In this document: one piece after another, positions 1 through 13,500 of the stretch
Layout of the letters: every line of letters begins with the position of its first letter
Position numbering within the stretch: position 1 is the stretch's first letter
NCBI GenBank assembly: GCA_946965045.2
Contig: OX337230.1
Location: forward strand, 868,001 to 932,000
Length of the DNA stretch: 64,000 nt
Reading direction: 5' to 3'
DNA from: Epithemia pelagica
Taxonomy: Eukaryota > Protista > Bacillariophyta
The notes under the pieces: generated by a model
The model's database searches: none
The model's input: the letters and a program-made list of their open reading frames with translations, nothing else
Told to the model about the DNA's origin: nothing
Position numbers and translations under genes: made by a program

Positions 1-678
1 AATGCTGGCTCGAAACCAAGTGTGTCTTGATGCCCATTAACGAACCAAAGGCCTAAGTGCAGCTCAAGGAGAGCAAGAGAGACAGACGTTTGTACGCATG
101 AGCTTTTTGCATTGCATGTGTCATTGTTATCCATTTCAAGAAAGAACATTCACTCGATGAGATACGCACCAACAGGGGGTACTCCCTTTAATTTAGGTAA
201 ATAGCCGACTGAAAGTAGCAAACGAAGGAACCTAACTGTAGCTCCCATATGATAAAGTTCAGAACTGTTAGCCATACTGCCCATCCGATGGGATGCACGT
301 ACAAATTCCAAACACAAAGTTCCATTCAGTGAACCATGGAGGATTCGCATGTATCGAATCAGATACCAGTCCTTGATAATAGAGTACGTAGGGTCCATTG
401 GTTCCCCTGTCCCAAATCCCATCCAAACGATACGACGCAATTATTGATCGATTTTCAAGCTGTCTCGTCAAGAGATTCATTGAAGAAGGCAAAGGTCTAT
501 TCTCTGTGCTCCTCCGCTAACTAAAGAATCAATAGTTACCTATACCTCCGAAGATGGAACAAAGGGAGATACGGACAACTAACCTCCCTACCGGATAGCA
601 AAGTAGGAGTACCTAGCAAAAACGCCCCACCAACGCGATTCATCTTCCAAAGTCGATCATTCAAAAACGGAAGAGACG

Positions 679-3600
679 ATGGCGGAGACAAATGCCGTGG
701 TATCATCCGCAAAAGAAGGATCCAAAGAATCTCTTACCATTGAAACGAAACATGATGAGTGTGCAGAAGCTAGCTGCATGAGCTCACCAGTGCAGAGAGA
801 CCCACAATCCTCCAATGCGGACGACAACAATGATCCAAGTGCAAAACCGGATTTCCCGGAAACGGTAAATTCGGATTCCATCACATCCGCCGTCGCCATT
901 CCATTGAGTGAACAAGAAACAACCTTGGTTCCGGAACAAGCAGTATCAAAGGGCAACAGCAAATCAAAATCTCCCAAACGAAAGTCTAGACTGGTAACAA
1001 GGAGTTCCAAACGCGTTCGTCCAAAGCATTCGGATCAACCAGCCGCAGAGAAGAAAGTAACGCTCCACGACATCACCGCTGCAGGATCCACTGCAGCAAC
1101 ACTACAAGCCATATCTTCTCAAGACACTTCTTCTCTGTCACTGTTGCGTTATGTTTCCGGTACCCAAGGCGATGGCACATCGGAGGGCGTGAACGGCTCC
1201 GCGTTGGCGGTGGGAGAGAAAACCCTGGTGGCACAAGACAGATTAACAGAAGCCACGGTGGGTCTTGAGGCGAATTCAGAAACTGAAAAGGATGGTTTCG
1301 GAAACTCGGATACGGTTCCTTTACAACAGTCATTCAAAGACCCTGTATCCTCAGACAACGATGTTGAAGGTCCAGCAGCTGCACCAAAACATGATCTGGC
1401 CGAAGGGAAGGATTCGTTAATAGAAGAAATGCCACCTCTGTCTCAAAGTGGCGAAGAAGAATCAGAAACTCCTGGTCGGAAAGGCGTTTCAGACTCGCTG
1501 AAGCATCATCATCATGCGAGCAGCAAGATAAAATCACCCGATACTTCGGATGAGAAGCCTGAGAAAGAAGAGCAGAAGATCGACGACAGTGAGGGGAAAG
1601 AGGTGAAGGAAACTGAACAATCAGCAGATAATAAGTCTTCCATCAATCTTTCTGGTGAGAAAGGAAGGCAGCTTGTTGCTTCTTCGCAGGACAAGGGTCA
1701 AATAAATGAGCGCCATTACATTGCCGGCTCACATTTCTTTTTGTACCGTTCCATGGAGGATTATCGAATAGCGGAATGCCAGTACTGCGGTCACTTGTTC
1801 CGATTCTGTACCGAGGAATCTTTGTTGAAAAGTATCTCTCGTCTGCCTCTTCATCTAACAAGAGACTGTACATGCTGCCCTGATTCTCTGAAGATGAAAT
1901 TGTTGAGGCTTGATAAACAGAAGAGGCATCAGTATCCTATCAGTGTCACTGAATTTACGAGCCAAGTTTGGAATCTTCCGGCACCTGTCCTTTCTTTAGA
2001 TGAGATGATGAGAAAGGAGAGGATATCAACGTCCATGACATCGAAGCGCCAATCCGGTAGCCGAAAAGCGGACAAAAACTTGGTATCACCACATTTTTCA
2101 CGCAGGCGATCGAAAGCCAATCCTATTGCTTCAGTGAACGATGATGTTTGGGTCCATTCGGAACCAAACGTCTTGGACGAGGAACACAAGCCTTCAAGGA
2201 ACAAGTCCAAAACGGGACGCCGTTCAACCGACAAAGTGACGAAAGTCATCCACAATACAAGAAACGCAACAAGACGGAAAGGTGTGAGCGCAACAGAGGT
2301 TATGAAAGGGAATCACTCCGCTCCTTCTTCACAGTCGCTGCCCGCCCATACTGCTGCTTCTTCTGAGACTGATGCAATATCCGCGACCAATGCTAACACG
2401 GAGGACGGGACAGAGGTTGTGGAAGGGGATCACTCGTCTCTTCCCATACAGTTACAGCTCTCCCAAACTGCTTCTGCTACTTCTTCTAAAACTGATGCTG
2501 CACAAAACATGATTCCCGAGACAAATTCTAGCAAAGACGACGGAACAAAGGTTGTTAGAGAGGATCGCTCCGCTCCTCCTCCACAGTCACAGCCCGCCCA
2601 AACTGATACGGCTGCTTCTAAAATTGTTGCAACGCAACACATTTTACCTGCGATAAATTCTTGCACAGAGGACGGAACAGAGGTTGTTAAAGGGGATCGC
2701 TCCGCTCCTCCTCCACAGTCACAGCCCGCCCAAACTGATACGGCTGCTTCTAAACCTGTTGCAACACAAAACATTATATCCGTGACAAATGCTACCACTG
2801 AGAAAGGAACAGAGGTCGTGACGGTGGAGCACTCCGCTCCTCCCTCGCATTCACAGGCCAACCAAATTGCCGATGCTTCTAACAATAATACAACACGAAA
2901 CATTGTATACGTGGCGAATGCTTACGCTGAGGACGGTGCAGAGGCTGCGGAAGGGGATCCCTTCGCTCCTCCGCTACTGTCACAGGCCACACAAGCTGAT
3001 GCAACGCAAAATGTGATACCCTTGTCCAATGCTAACGGAGCGAACGAAACAGAGGTTGTGAAAGGCGATCGCTCCGTTCCTTCGCCACAAGCTCCCCGAA
3101 TTGCTAATGCAACGCACAAGATGATTCCCGTGTCCAATTCTTATACTGAGGACGGGGATGATCAGGAGAAAGTCATTGGGAAAGTCTCTGCCAAAATTGG
3201 TGCAAATTCTGCCGACACGGAGAATGGGCATGGACTGGCCAGGTCTGCGGTGTATAATAGGAAAGCGAGGCCGGTGGGCAAAAACAACCAAAAAAGTCTG
3301 CCAAAAGTTAAGCCTGGCGAGATGCGGAATCGACCGCGACGGGTCTCAGCCGCGGGATCCTCACAACCCAACAAAGCGGATAAGGATAGGAACGACGAAA
3401 AATCATCAACGCGGTCTGTGAAAAAATCGAGAAAGGAGCGCGTGTCATCTCAGTCCTCTAAACGCATTCGAAGAAGCGTTCAGGGGATTGACTTTAGCGA
3501 AGAAAATGATGAGAGCGTTGACAATTCTCATGTTCGAAAACGCCCGCGACGGAGTGCTGCTGCTGCCGCTGTTGCCCTGATTGGGTTGTCTCTAACCGAG

Positions 3601-6600
3601 AATAACATCTCTGAAACCTACAGAGCAGACAGGGATGAAGCAGAAGAAGGCCAGAATAGAAAACCTTCTCGGGATGCTGGTTCCCGCCCTTCGCCTGATG
3701 AAGCGGCGAAAGAGAATGAAGATGAACATTGGAGGATAATTGATGATGGTTCAGCGCCTTTACTTGAGGTTTACGAAGTTATGTCGAGATACGGTCGTGA
3801 GAAGATGAAAGAGGCTTGTGCACGGAAGGGAAAGCCGTATAGGGCGAGCAGAATTGTCAAAATCTTCGATGAACTGGAAAAATGCATCGACAACGGACAT
3901 CATATCGATATTTTGACGTCTGTGCTAGAGCGTATCCGTGGGAGAAAGAGTATCTATTCGATTTCTGATTATTTCACGGACCTGATAGCTCGAGCCGAGA
4001 ACATGATACGACATCCCGATGCTCCAATTGACACTACACATAGCCAGGTACCCAAGATCCGTCTACATTCAGATGAGAGCAGCACCTACATTGAAGAGAC
4101 GGCGTTCTTGTACCACGATCCCATAACTTGTGCCGAAGCGTGGAACAGCCCTGAAGAAGGCACAGACCACCCCTCTGTCTTACCTCCAGCGCCCGATATT
4201 TATGGTTGTTTTGAAGCAGATTCTGAAGACAAACACTACTCTTTCAAGTATCATTTCGAGGAGGAACAACGAGTTCTCCTTTGTGACTTCAGTGGCCTAG
4301 CTTATGATCAGTTATCAACTCGCGATTTAAAGTTCTTTGCAAGCATGCTTGAACGCGATGATATCACTGTCGTCTCGGAAGGACTCGTCGATCCTGACAT
4401 ACTTGACCAAGACATGTGGGATTTAAAGGTAAGTTTACATGGTCTTGAATGGGCTCCTGCTGATTCGTACCAGTTTCTGAATTTGTTGAATGACCTGTCT
4501 TTTTCTGCTAAGTTTTTCGGAAATGCATTGAAATGTCGAAAACACCACAAGTTCAAAAGATTCGTAAAAAGTGCGCATCACCCCGCAGAATACTCAGAAA
4601 CTGATCATATGTTGGAAGGCAACATTGGAACTTTTATCAAATATTTGAGAGCCAATCATAATATTGTCAATTCAGATCAGGAAGGACCTTCGTCAACTTT
4701 CGAGTTTCGACAATCGGATGGAAATGACGTAAGTATTGATGTCCAGAAAGATGTGGTCTACATGATCGATGTCGATCTTCCACGGCTTCTTCCGAAACAT
4801 CACGTTGACTTTGTTAACAATTTCAAGATAAAGGAAATTCTTCCCGGAGGAAAATTGTGTATGATGAACAGTGTGAGTTGACTAGATTTCGGAGGCCACA
4901 ACATCGAACGCCCTTTCATCATTCTCACGTTGCGTTGTCGCAGCTTCCAGTCTCAGCGCGACCATTCATGGGCCCAAATCTCTATGTTACTCCTGGTGGA
5001 GCGTACACACATTTCCACCAAGACGGAAATGGAACCGTCGACTCCGGACACTACTGCTTAAGTGGGTACAATGAGGTCGTGATGTTACGAAGATTACCGG
5101 AGCGGCACAAAGCCGAAGCAGCTCGCCTTCTCCCCAATCGTGGTTGCTACGATGCTCTCTACAAGTTCCCGCACGAGAATGGACAGGTACGCTTTCTGGA
5201 TTACGAGCAGTGATTGTCATGTTGTGTGTGATGAATTTGTGTTGTCTTACCTCTTCTTCTCATGTAACAGAAACCGGATTGGCCGTCATCGGAAACCATT
5301 GCAGCTTGGAAAGCAATGTGGTACGCTCGAAAGTTGCGCTTAATTATCTTGTGAACTCTGTACACTTACTTCGTTTTCATTTATTCTTTTCGTGAGGAAG
5401 TTACTACCCTTCTGTTTTCATCCTCAAACCTGGACAGCATGTTCATATAAACAAAGGACGCCTTCATGCTTTTCGAAAAATGACAGTGGATACACTTCCC
5501 GAGAATGATTGTCATTTCGAACTCCGAAAGAAGTTACTTGGTAAACATAAGATGCATAAGCCTCCAATTTGCATTAGTGTCGCATGGGATTGGCAGTTCT
5601 CTGGTGTTAATGCTGAAAGCATTAACAGGGAGGTGACATCTTGTTTGGAATGTCAAGCATTGGTCGATCAACGACGCGATCTAAAATGTCTCGCGATCCC
5701 CAAGGCTTCTATTCTTGCTCATGGATACATGAGTCGAGCGCTTTGGCAAACACAACGTATGCAAACGAAGTCGTTTTTACCTGCAAATGTTTCAGGGGCA
5801 AAAGCAGGGTTAATCGACAGACATGCCTTTCTGTCGGGGATTTCCCCCTCTCTTGTCCATATTCTTGAGCAGAATATATCATTTATCGATATGGCTATGA
5901 AGAAGATTACTACGAATACTCCGGCAAATTCGTTACATGGGATTATAAACATTGCTCCCTTCAATGATACAGAAGCAAATCCCTTGACATCGGCAATAGA
6001 TCCCGACGGTAATGATTACTTTTGCACGCTCTGTAGCAAGGAACTTGAAAACGTGTATTTGCACTGTGATGGTTGTGAACAGTTGCTGCACAAGGATTTC
6101 AATATCTGCATGGAATGCTATCAAGGTGGATATTGGAGGGCTACTGTTGACATGCAGAACAGAGGGTTTCAGCATCCCATTGACAGGACGAGTTGTATGA
6201 ACCACATCGGCGATGTTCAGAACAATCGTGGGATCTCACCGTGTAATTGCATAGGGGGCAGTCCCTGTCGCATATGTAACCTTTGCACTGGTAAGTCACC
6301 TCCTTCTTCCACATTATGTATGTTTTCGATAAACTTACAAGCAGCGATCTTGTAGCATGCAGCTGTATCTGTCATCGCTCTATGACCCTACACCGACGCT
6401 TCTACGGCCTTGATGAATTGAAAGATCTGTTGACATGGGTGAAATCACATATGACGACGGAGTCAGTGAAATACGGATACCTGACCAAGCCGAGATTACG
6501 CGTGGCTGCGGATCGGTTTGGAGTGGGTCACAAAGAGAAAATGTCACTGTTTGCCATGCCTCAGCATTTCCCCGGTAAACAGAACGTCACACAGCAATCT

Positions 6601-7206
6601 GAGTGTCACCAGGCAATAGTTTTGCCTGCATCTGCCGTAGAGCAAGTTGACGAATCCAATGATGAGACTTTGCGCCATGGTGTCTCAGTGCACTTTCCCA
6701 CTAGCGAGTCGAATGAACTGGCACACATGTCGGCAAATACGGAAGATGGTAAATCAGAAGGTGTGGCTAATTTTTCTCAATTGCAACGTCCTACTGGCGA
6801 GTCGAATCAACCGGCCCATGTGTCGGTGACGATTGAAGATGTAAACAAGAACGACGACGTGGCTAAATTGGCACCTTCCAAACCCGTCATCGACAATGAT
6901 ACGAACATGGATAACCATGAGCGACATGTATGTGATGCGAACAGAAACGCAGACCATGAAATGCAGCTGGCCAACTCAGTTGCAGCCGCTCCGACCGAAA
7001 GGGCAGTTCTTCAAGCTCCATGCGAGATGCGTACTGAAACATTGCTCGCTTCAGCCATCGAGGATGAGGGAACCACGGTCAACTATTGTGAAACTGAGAA
7101 TGTCCTGAGCAAAATTGGACCTATCCCCCATGGTGAACGCAGCGAAAGGTCAAATAACGACCAATCGGATGAAGTTGAAGAGGGGAATGTCGGGGTGATT
7201 GTTTAG
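679..7206 (+). CDS. Large JmjC-domain protein (putative Fe(II)/2OG dioxygenase or demethylase) with C-terminal Cys-rich/ZZ-like zinc-binding region; ~2075 aa, 5 exons (679-4872, 4944-5186, 5271-5320, 5401-6290, 6356-7206)
   Basis: ORFs 679..4881, 4857..5213, 5480..6355 and 6316..7206 join in frame through GT-AG introns (donors gtgagt 4873, gtacgc 5187, gtacgc 5321, gtaagt 6291). Spliced protein has YVTPGGAYTHFHQDG (HxD) and LKPGQHVHINKGRLHAFRK (distal His) plus SVAWD, then CTLC..CDGC..CMEC and CNC..CRICNLCTACSCICH clusters. Confidence 0.85.
2260..3160 (+). repeat. Degenerate ~132-bp (44-aa) coding tandem repeat, about 7-8 units, in the disordered N-terminal half of the JmjC gene
   Basis: An identical ~61-bp block (ggatcgctccgctcctcctccacagtcacagcccgcccaaactgatacggctgcttctaaa) occurs at 2562 and 2694 (period 132). 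The protein repeats xNxxTEDGTEVVxGDxSAPP. Confidence 0.85.
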
Positions 7207-7513
7207 TTTCTGCACCCTTGTAATCGTGCCTGTTAGATGTTAGATGACCGATCAAAAAGCTTTGAACTATGGACCAGCTAGCTCTACTAGAGGAGTATAC
7301 CTCTTGCTCTCTCTGTGTTTGCTGGATAGACTTTTGAATAAAGCGACTAAGTTCGGACGACAGACAGACTCAATAACTGCGACCGTGTGCGGTTCACACG
7401 ATGTGTCAGCCCTTTTTTCGCCCTTTTTTTCGCTTTTCACTCCAAAAACCGAAATCGTCCGATCGGTATGTGTTTGAGTCAACAAACACTGAGCCTGTAC
7501 AAAGCAATTGACA

Positions 7514-10500
7514 ATGGGAGTCCAAGGTTGGAACTGGCTGCTTGAAAAGGAGGGATTTCTTCCTGAGCGGAGAGGGAAGAGAGTCAGCAGGTGTTCCATT
7601 TGGCGCGATGAGTCCGCCATGAAATCGACCACGTTTGCATCGCGCGTAACCGTGATTCCTGACGGGTCGGAACTTCACGTGGGTAAGTGCATTCATCAGG
7701 TCTAATTCATGAGTCCGCCGCTTCTCATGTGGGTTCTTTTGACCATTATGATGGAATGAATTATTTGATGTGAAGATGGCAATGGTTTGGCATTTGCGTT
7801 GCATCACGTTGCCTATGCACGTCATATCACACAGGTACTAGAGGGGAAACGAAATGGCAAGATGCGTAACCATGGCAACGCCGTTGGTGCAAAGTCTTTG
7901 AAGAAAATATTATCAACCATTTCGACGAGACAAGCTTGTCGATTGCTGCCCAACTTCATGCCAATGCATATCTTATCAGAGGTTACTCGTGAGTTCATAT
8001 CGCAGCTGAAGGACAGACATCACATGAAACTAGTGGGTAAGTTCGACAACCTTTTGCTTTCCAGGAACTATTGAGTGCATTCTTCTCATCAATATCTCGT
8101 GGTTCGCTTTCTCAAGTCTATTGGGATGGAGATGCGCGTCGCGTCTTCAAGGCTGCCACAGACGAGAAACGTCAAGAGCACCATCCGGAAGAGTGGTCCA
8201 ACCTGCAATTGTATTGTATGAATGGGGTCTTTCCAGCAGTGACCACGTCTTTTGAATTGGAGTCTGCCTTCCCCAAAAGCCGATTCTTCATCACCGAGAT
8301 ATTAGAAACTCTGCAGAAATATGGTGTTCGTCAGGTTCGTTGTGACGAAGAGGCCGATGCAGCAATAGCTCAAGCTGTCTCTGGACAGCGAAACGCCTAC
8401 ATTGTAGGTGAAGACTCTGATTTTTGTTTCTTTCCGTCGGTCAACTACATTCCATTGAGCACATTAGATGCTGGAAGCATGGACGTTGTCACAGCCGTTG
8501 TTTTGAGAAGAGATGAACTAGCCCAGGAGCTTGATCTCCCAGACGAATCCTCTATGATTGAATTGGCCATCTTAATGGGAAACGACTATATTAACCCTAA
8601 AACTGCATCTCTCAATTTGTTTGATGTGGAAGAACGGAGTGCTCCCATAGACTTTCTCAAAAACCAAGGGACTGGCTATCGAGTGACAAGCATGGCGGAG
8701 GACACGGAGGAAGCTTTGTCTTTTGTTCGAGCATTGTACGAGTTGAAACCACTGGACGATTTTGAGCTTGATGATGCTCAAAACGAAAGTAACATGGTGG
8801 ACGATGACGATGATGACGACGACGATGATGAATTAGCGATGGACATTGTTGCTGACGAAAATGACAATAGTACGAAAGCGTATCGGCCAACTGTTCCTCG
8901 CTCCATGCCCGTGAAATTATTGACTGTCGACTTTCGAGTCGATCGGTCACTGAAGGATGCAGTGATTCGCTGTCTTCAGGCCTACGTGGATATGACGGAA
9001 TCCAGAGAGGATGCGATGTTAACTCAAGAGCACTTGGATGTTTTTAAAGCAATGCCGTTTCCTATTGCTGAAACGCATGGATCGTCCCCGAAAGATGAGA
9101 CGGTCGATGCGGCCTGGCGACCATGCTGGTCTGATGTCCCGGCAGCCTATCTCATTGAGAAGATGATCGCCATGTCGATGGATCAAAAGTCACTTGTAGC
9201 ACATGCGGCATTGCCGTCTTCAATTTTCAATCAACTTTCGTTCATGGAAAAAATGAATGAGATTCATGAATCCAAGAGGAAAGCGGACGAACCCGAAGAA
9301 GAACAGATATTTTCGCCACCTGAAGGGGAGTTCGATATGGGAGAACACCATAGACTACCGATTGATGATCACGAAGATGAAATCTTGGAGTCGATTGCGA
9401 GGAATCGAGTAACCATCATACAGGGAGAGACTGGATGCGGGAAGTCCTCTCGTATACCTGTCATGCTTCTGAATGCGCCTCCACCTGACCCAAAGCTTTC
9501 CCAAGTAAAAATGTTCATTTCTCAGGTATGTAGTTTGGCTAAGAAGAGTTTTCACAGAAATGTCTCTCACTGAAAAGAAATGCTTCATAGCCAAGACGGA
9601 TTGCGGCTAAGGGTTTGGTTGAAAGAGTTCGTTCAGTTGAACCCGAGCTGGGCAAAGTGTTTGCTCTCAGATTGGGTCATGGATTACGAGAGTACGAGTC
9701 GGACGAAACACGGGCATGGTTCTGTACAACTGGGTATCTGTACGTGGACTCAAATATTTCGAGGCTGATTCCTATTACTGTCTTCTCACCTTTTCGATAT
9801 CGGCTTTTGTAGAGTGCGTCTCGTCGCGAACCATCCGGAAAGATTCAATGATGTGTCCCACCTTATCATGTAAGTTGTGAATCCGCCATCAGCAAAAGTT
9901 GTGATGTTGTCGCTTACAAGTTTGCTACATAGCGACGAGATTCACGATCGAGGGGTTGATCTCGATCTGCTTTGTTTACTCTGTCGACGCTTGCTTCGAG
10001 TCAATTTACATTTGAGGCTCATTCTCATGTCAGCAACTCTTGCTGCTGCACTTTATCAAGAATATTTCGATGTGGCTGAGCCTCCAATCCAAGTTGGTGC
10101 ACGACGATTCCCTGTCAGGGAAGTCTATCTGGAAGATATGCTCGAGGGGAATGTAGTCTCGCTCAATCAGAAAGCGCAGAAGACTGTCCGCAGTATAATG
10201 GTGTCATGTGACAAAATGCAGGCGAAGTCTTCCCCTCAAAGAGGCTACGTTGAAGATCTCCAGTCCCTCACCACAAACATTGTCGCGTCGATCGGGAAGG
10301 GCGGAACATCCATTTTAGTTTTCGTCCCTGGTATGAATGAAATCATTTCAATCATCGAACAAATTGGTGAGCTTTTCATCCCAGGACTCAATTTCACGAC
10401 TATTCCAGTTCACAGTGATATTCCTTTCGAGGACCAACTTGCTGTTTTCTCTAAAACTAAACTGGATGAATGTCGGGTGATCGTCGCAACCAACAGCGCC

Positions 10501-13500
10501 GAGTCGTCTGTGACATTACCCGCGCTCGATCATGTCATCGATCTGGGTCTTCAGAGACAGATTATTTACAACGACGCTTCTCACCGACAGCTGCTTACTC
10601 TCACATGGATATCAAGGGCCAGTGCGACGCAGCGGGCGGGCCGAACTGGACGCATAAGAAATGGAAACGTCTACCGACTCTTCACTCGTGAGTGCTACGA
10701 AAACCAAATGAAGAAGTTTGAACCAGGAGAAATGTTGCGCATTCCCTTGGATACCGTGATATTGACATTGAAAGGCATTCTGCCTAACGAGGAGTCTGCC
10801 ACAAAGGTTCTTCTTGAATGCCTGGAACCTCCAAACGGCACAACAATAGAAAGATCGCTCATTAGTCTGCACGATTCTCGCTTTATCACAAGTCCCGACG
10901 ATGAAGGCGAAATCACAACATTGGGGACGTTTGTCTCCTCTCTTGGAACTGATTTGTCTCTTGGAGCTCTTATTGGCCTCGGTATCCAGTTTGGAGTTGG
11001 TCCAGAAGCAATTCAGCTTGCTGGGGCTCTCAGTTTTGGGACGAAGCCTCCATGGATCATAAGCAATAAGTTGCTTCATGGAGCAAAAGAATTCTACAAC
11101 GTATCCGCGGAGACGTTTGTTTCCAGATGCCACTTTGGGAGCAATGGGTTTTCCGAACCCTTTGCAATCATGAACCTCATCTGGGATTATCGCGAGGCTG
11201 AGAAGAAGCAGGGCTGGTGCTGGAAATACAGAGTATCGCACCAACGAGTACAACAACTCTCTTCAAGTTGTTTCGACTTGCAACGGCGAGTGGCAAACCT
11301 CTTTAACATTCGTCCGGAGTTTCTGGATATGGAGTCCCCTCCTCGCTCCATGGTACCGGCAAAACTTGCAATTCTACGAGTAATCCAAGTGTGGGTATTT
11401 AACGATACCATGATAGAATGGACACCGGAGAAACTTCCTAAGGAGAATGAAGCCAACGAGTATGTTGTCCCGCTTTTGTCGAAAAGCAATCAAATCAGTG
11501 TTGAACATTTCGATGGGATTCTGAAGAAAGAGAGACATCCTTTTGAAATCCGACTAATTAGGACCGTTGAACAGGTCGGGTTGGTCAAGCCTAGTCAAGA
11601 AATGGATGATTCACTGAGTGGGGTACTTGATGAGCGACTCGTGTCTTATGCAATTGAGCAAGGACTAGCTATTGTCTGTTATCGATCCAAGAAAGTTTGC
11701 ATTGGTTTCGTAAGCACCCAAGTGCCTTTGTCAGAAGTTTCTGGCGTCGAAGCCATTTTGGCGCAACGACTTTCGTACATGGGAACAGTTGGAGGACGAC
11801 CGGTGTCGGGGAAAGTTCGTGGATTATCAGAGCGGGCATGCGGGAGGTGGAAGCTTGTTGGGATAGACGGGAATCAAGATGGACTTCACAGCTTCAGGTT
11901 CTATTCCTCGAGTGAGTTGGGAAGTGGAAAGACTCTCAAATCACTCGATCGAGATCTCCTTCGAGCAATGGAAGTTTGCCAAGCAAAGAGTATATTTTTC
12001 CGTCTGACATTGGCAAAGGGCAAAAGTCAATCGTGCTCTTTCTCGATGTTCCTAAACGGGAAAGATGCCGAAGCCATCTCTTCAAGGGATCTAAAAGACA
12101 TTTTCGCTTCTTTGGACGAAATTAATCCAAAAACAAGCGAAGTTATCCGTCGCCAGGAACTTGTTTTCCCGATCACTGATTCCGGTCCATGGAACCCGAC
12201 GAATGCCAAGAAGAACGGCGACAGCAGCAAGTGGTCGCGGCCTCTCGTCCAATGCATCCCAGAAGGAGCTCACGTACTGCATGCTTTGGCTTCAGCGTCT
12301 AGAAGAGGGCATTATGTGTTGCTTGGACCTGTGTCAAGTGATGACGATGGATCTCAGAAGGAAGGGGAGGAGGAAGAGGAGGAAGAAGAATTCTTGGAAC
12401 TACACTTGGACCGAGAGCAATTTGGTTCTTGGGGAAAGATTCCCCAGGGATCTGTTGTGTTTCTTCCTGATTTGTCTGTTCCAGCTACAGCGATACCCTT
12501 AAATGGAAAGTCTCCATTACAATGTTGCTGCGCCAATACGTTGGACATTCGTGGGGGTTCAGTGCGAGTCGAGGGCCTCACAATGTTACCACCAGGGCGT
12601 GCGTTTTCCTTTTTCTCCCGCCTTTGCTTTGGACTCGAACCAGAGAGGGAAGATTGGACTCCTTCTTTCGCTTCGTTGGGAGTTGATGGAGGTGACATTC
12701 CAGATGAAGACCATGATGATTTTCTGCAGCGTTGCTTGAAAGCAACAAATCTCAACGAGAGATCAGTCGAACTGGGTGAAGAGCTTGTTTGTGACCCATC
12801 ATTTGTGGTGGATTTGCTTGATGTATTCGATGGTCTCCAGGGCTGTGAAGCTAGACCATGGCCGAATCTCAAAAAGAACCCTTTCACAGAATCAAACTTG
12901 AGAAAAGGCAGAGAAAGAAGCCGTTCCGTTCCACGTGCGACGAGGAATAATGGGAAATCTTCTGCACAAGATATATCCTCGCCGCAAGTTGTTCCGGCCA
13001 CTTCGAAACCGACGATCTCGAACAGTTCGAATGGGAGATCTCCAAATCGCTCACTCCTGCGTTCAGAATCGCAAACAAGCGATTTCGCTCGAACGGAATT
13101 GAACCAGGCGGCTCATCCCGCACCCAATCGGCAGTCGTCCAGAGTTTCCAGATTGGCTACAAGCGACGCTGAACAAGTGTCATGGCCTTCGAATATGTCC
13201 AAGTTGTTTGTTACAGATCTGGAAAAAGGCCAAGCAGTCGGAACAGACGTGTTGGCCTCTCCCAACATTCTTGCACTTGTTCTTAAAACGTACATGAACA
13301 AGACTCCTAATTTCAAGTTCCAGGGACCAAACTCAAATTGGGAACTTATACGAATAATGGATGGTGCATCCGAATACTTCCAGGCAAATTTCCAAGCCCT
13401 CGAATTATGTCCGCTGGTCAACAAGGAAGCGGACGGAACCCTTCCAGAATGGATCAAACAACGATGGAAACCTACTGCCCTCTTGGATGTTCTTGATTGC

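Noticed and set aside
1-560. Short ORFs at the window start (150..440, 268..492, 336..524) and a protein-like fragment (SKRYDAIIDRFSSCLVKRF)
   Set aside because: No recognisable motif and interrupted by stops; could be the tail of an upstream gene but cannot be supported.
8071-9573. Treating ORFs 8071..9573 and 9877..13770 as separate genes
   Set aside because: Canonical introns rebuild helicase motifs Ia and II in frame, and Walker A lies in the first ORF, so this is one gene.
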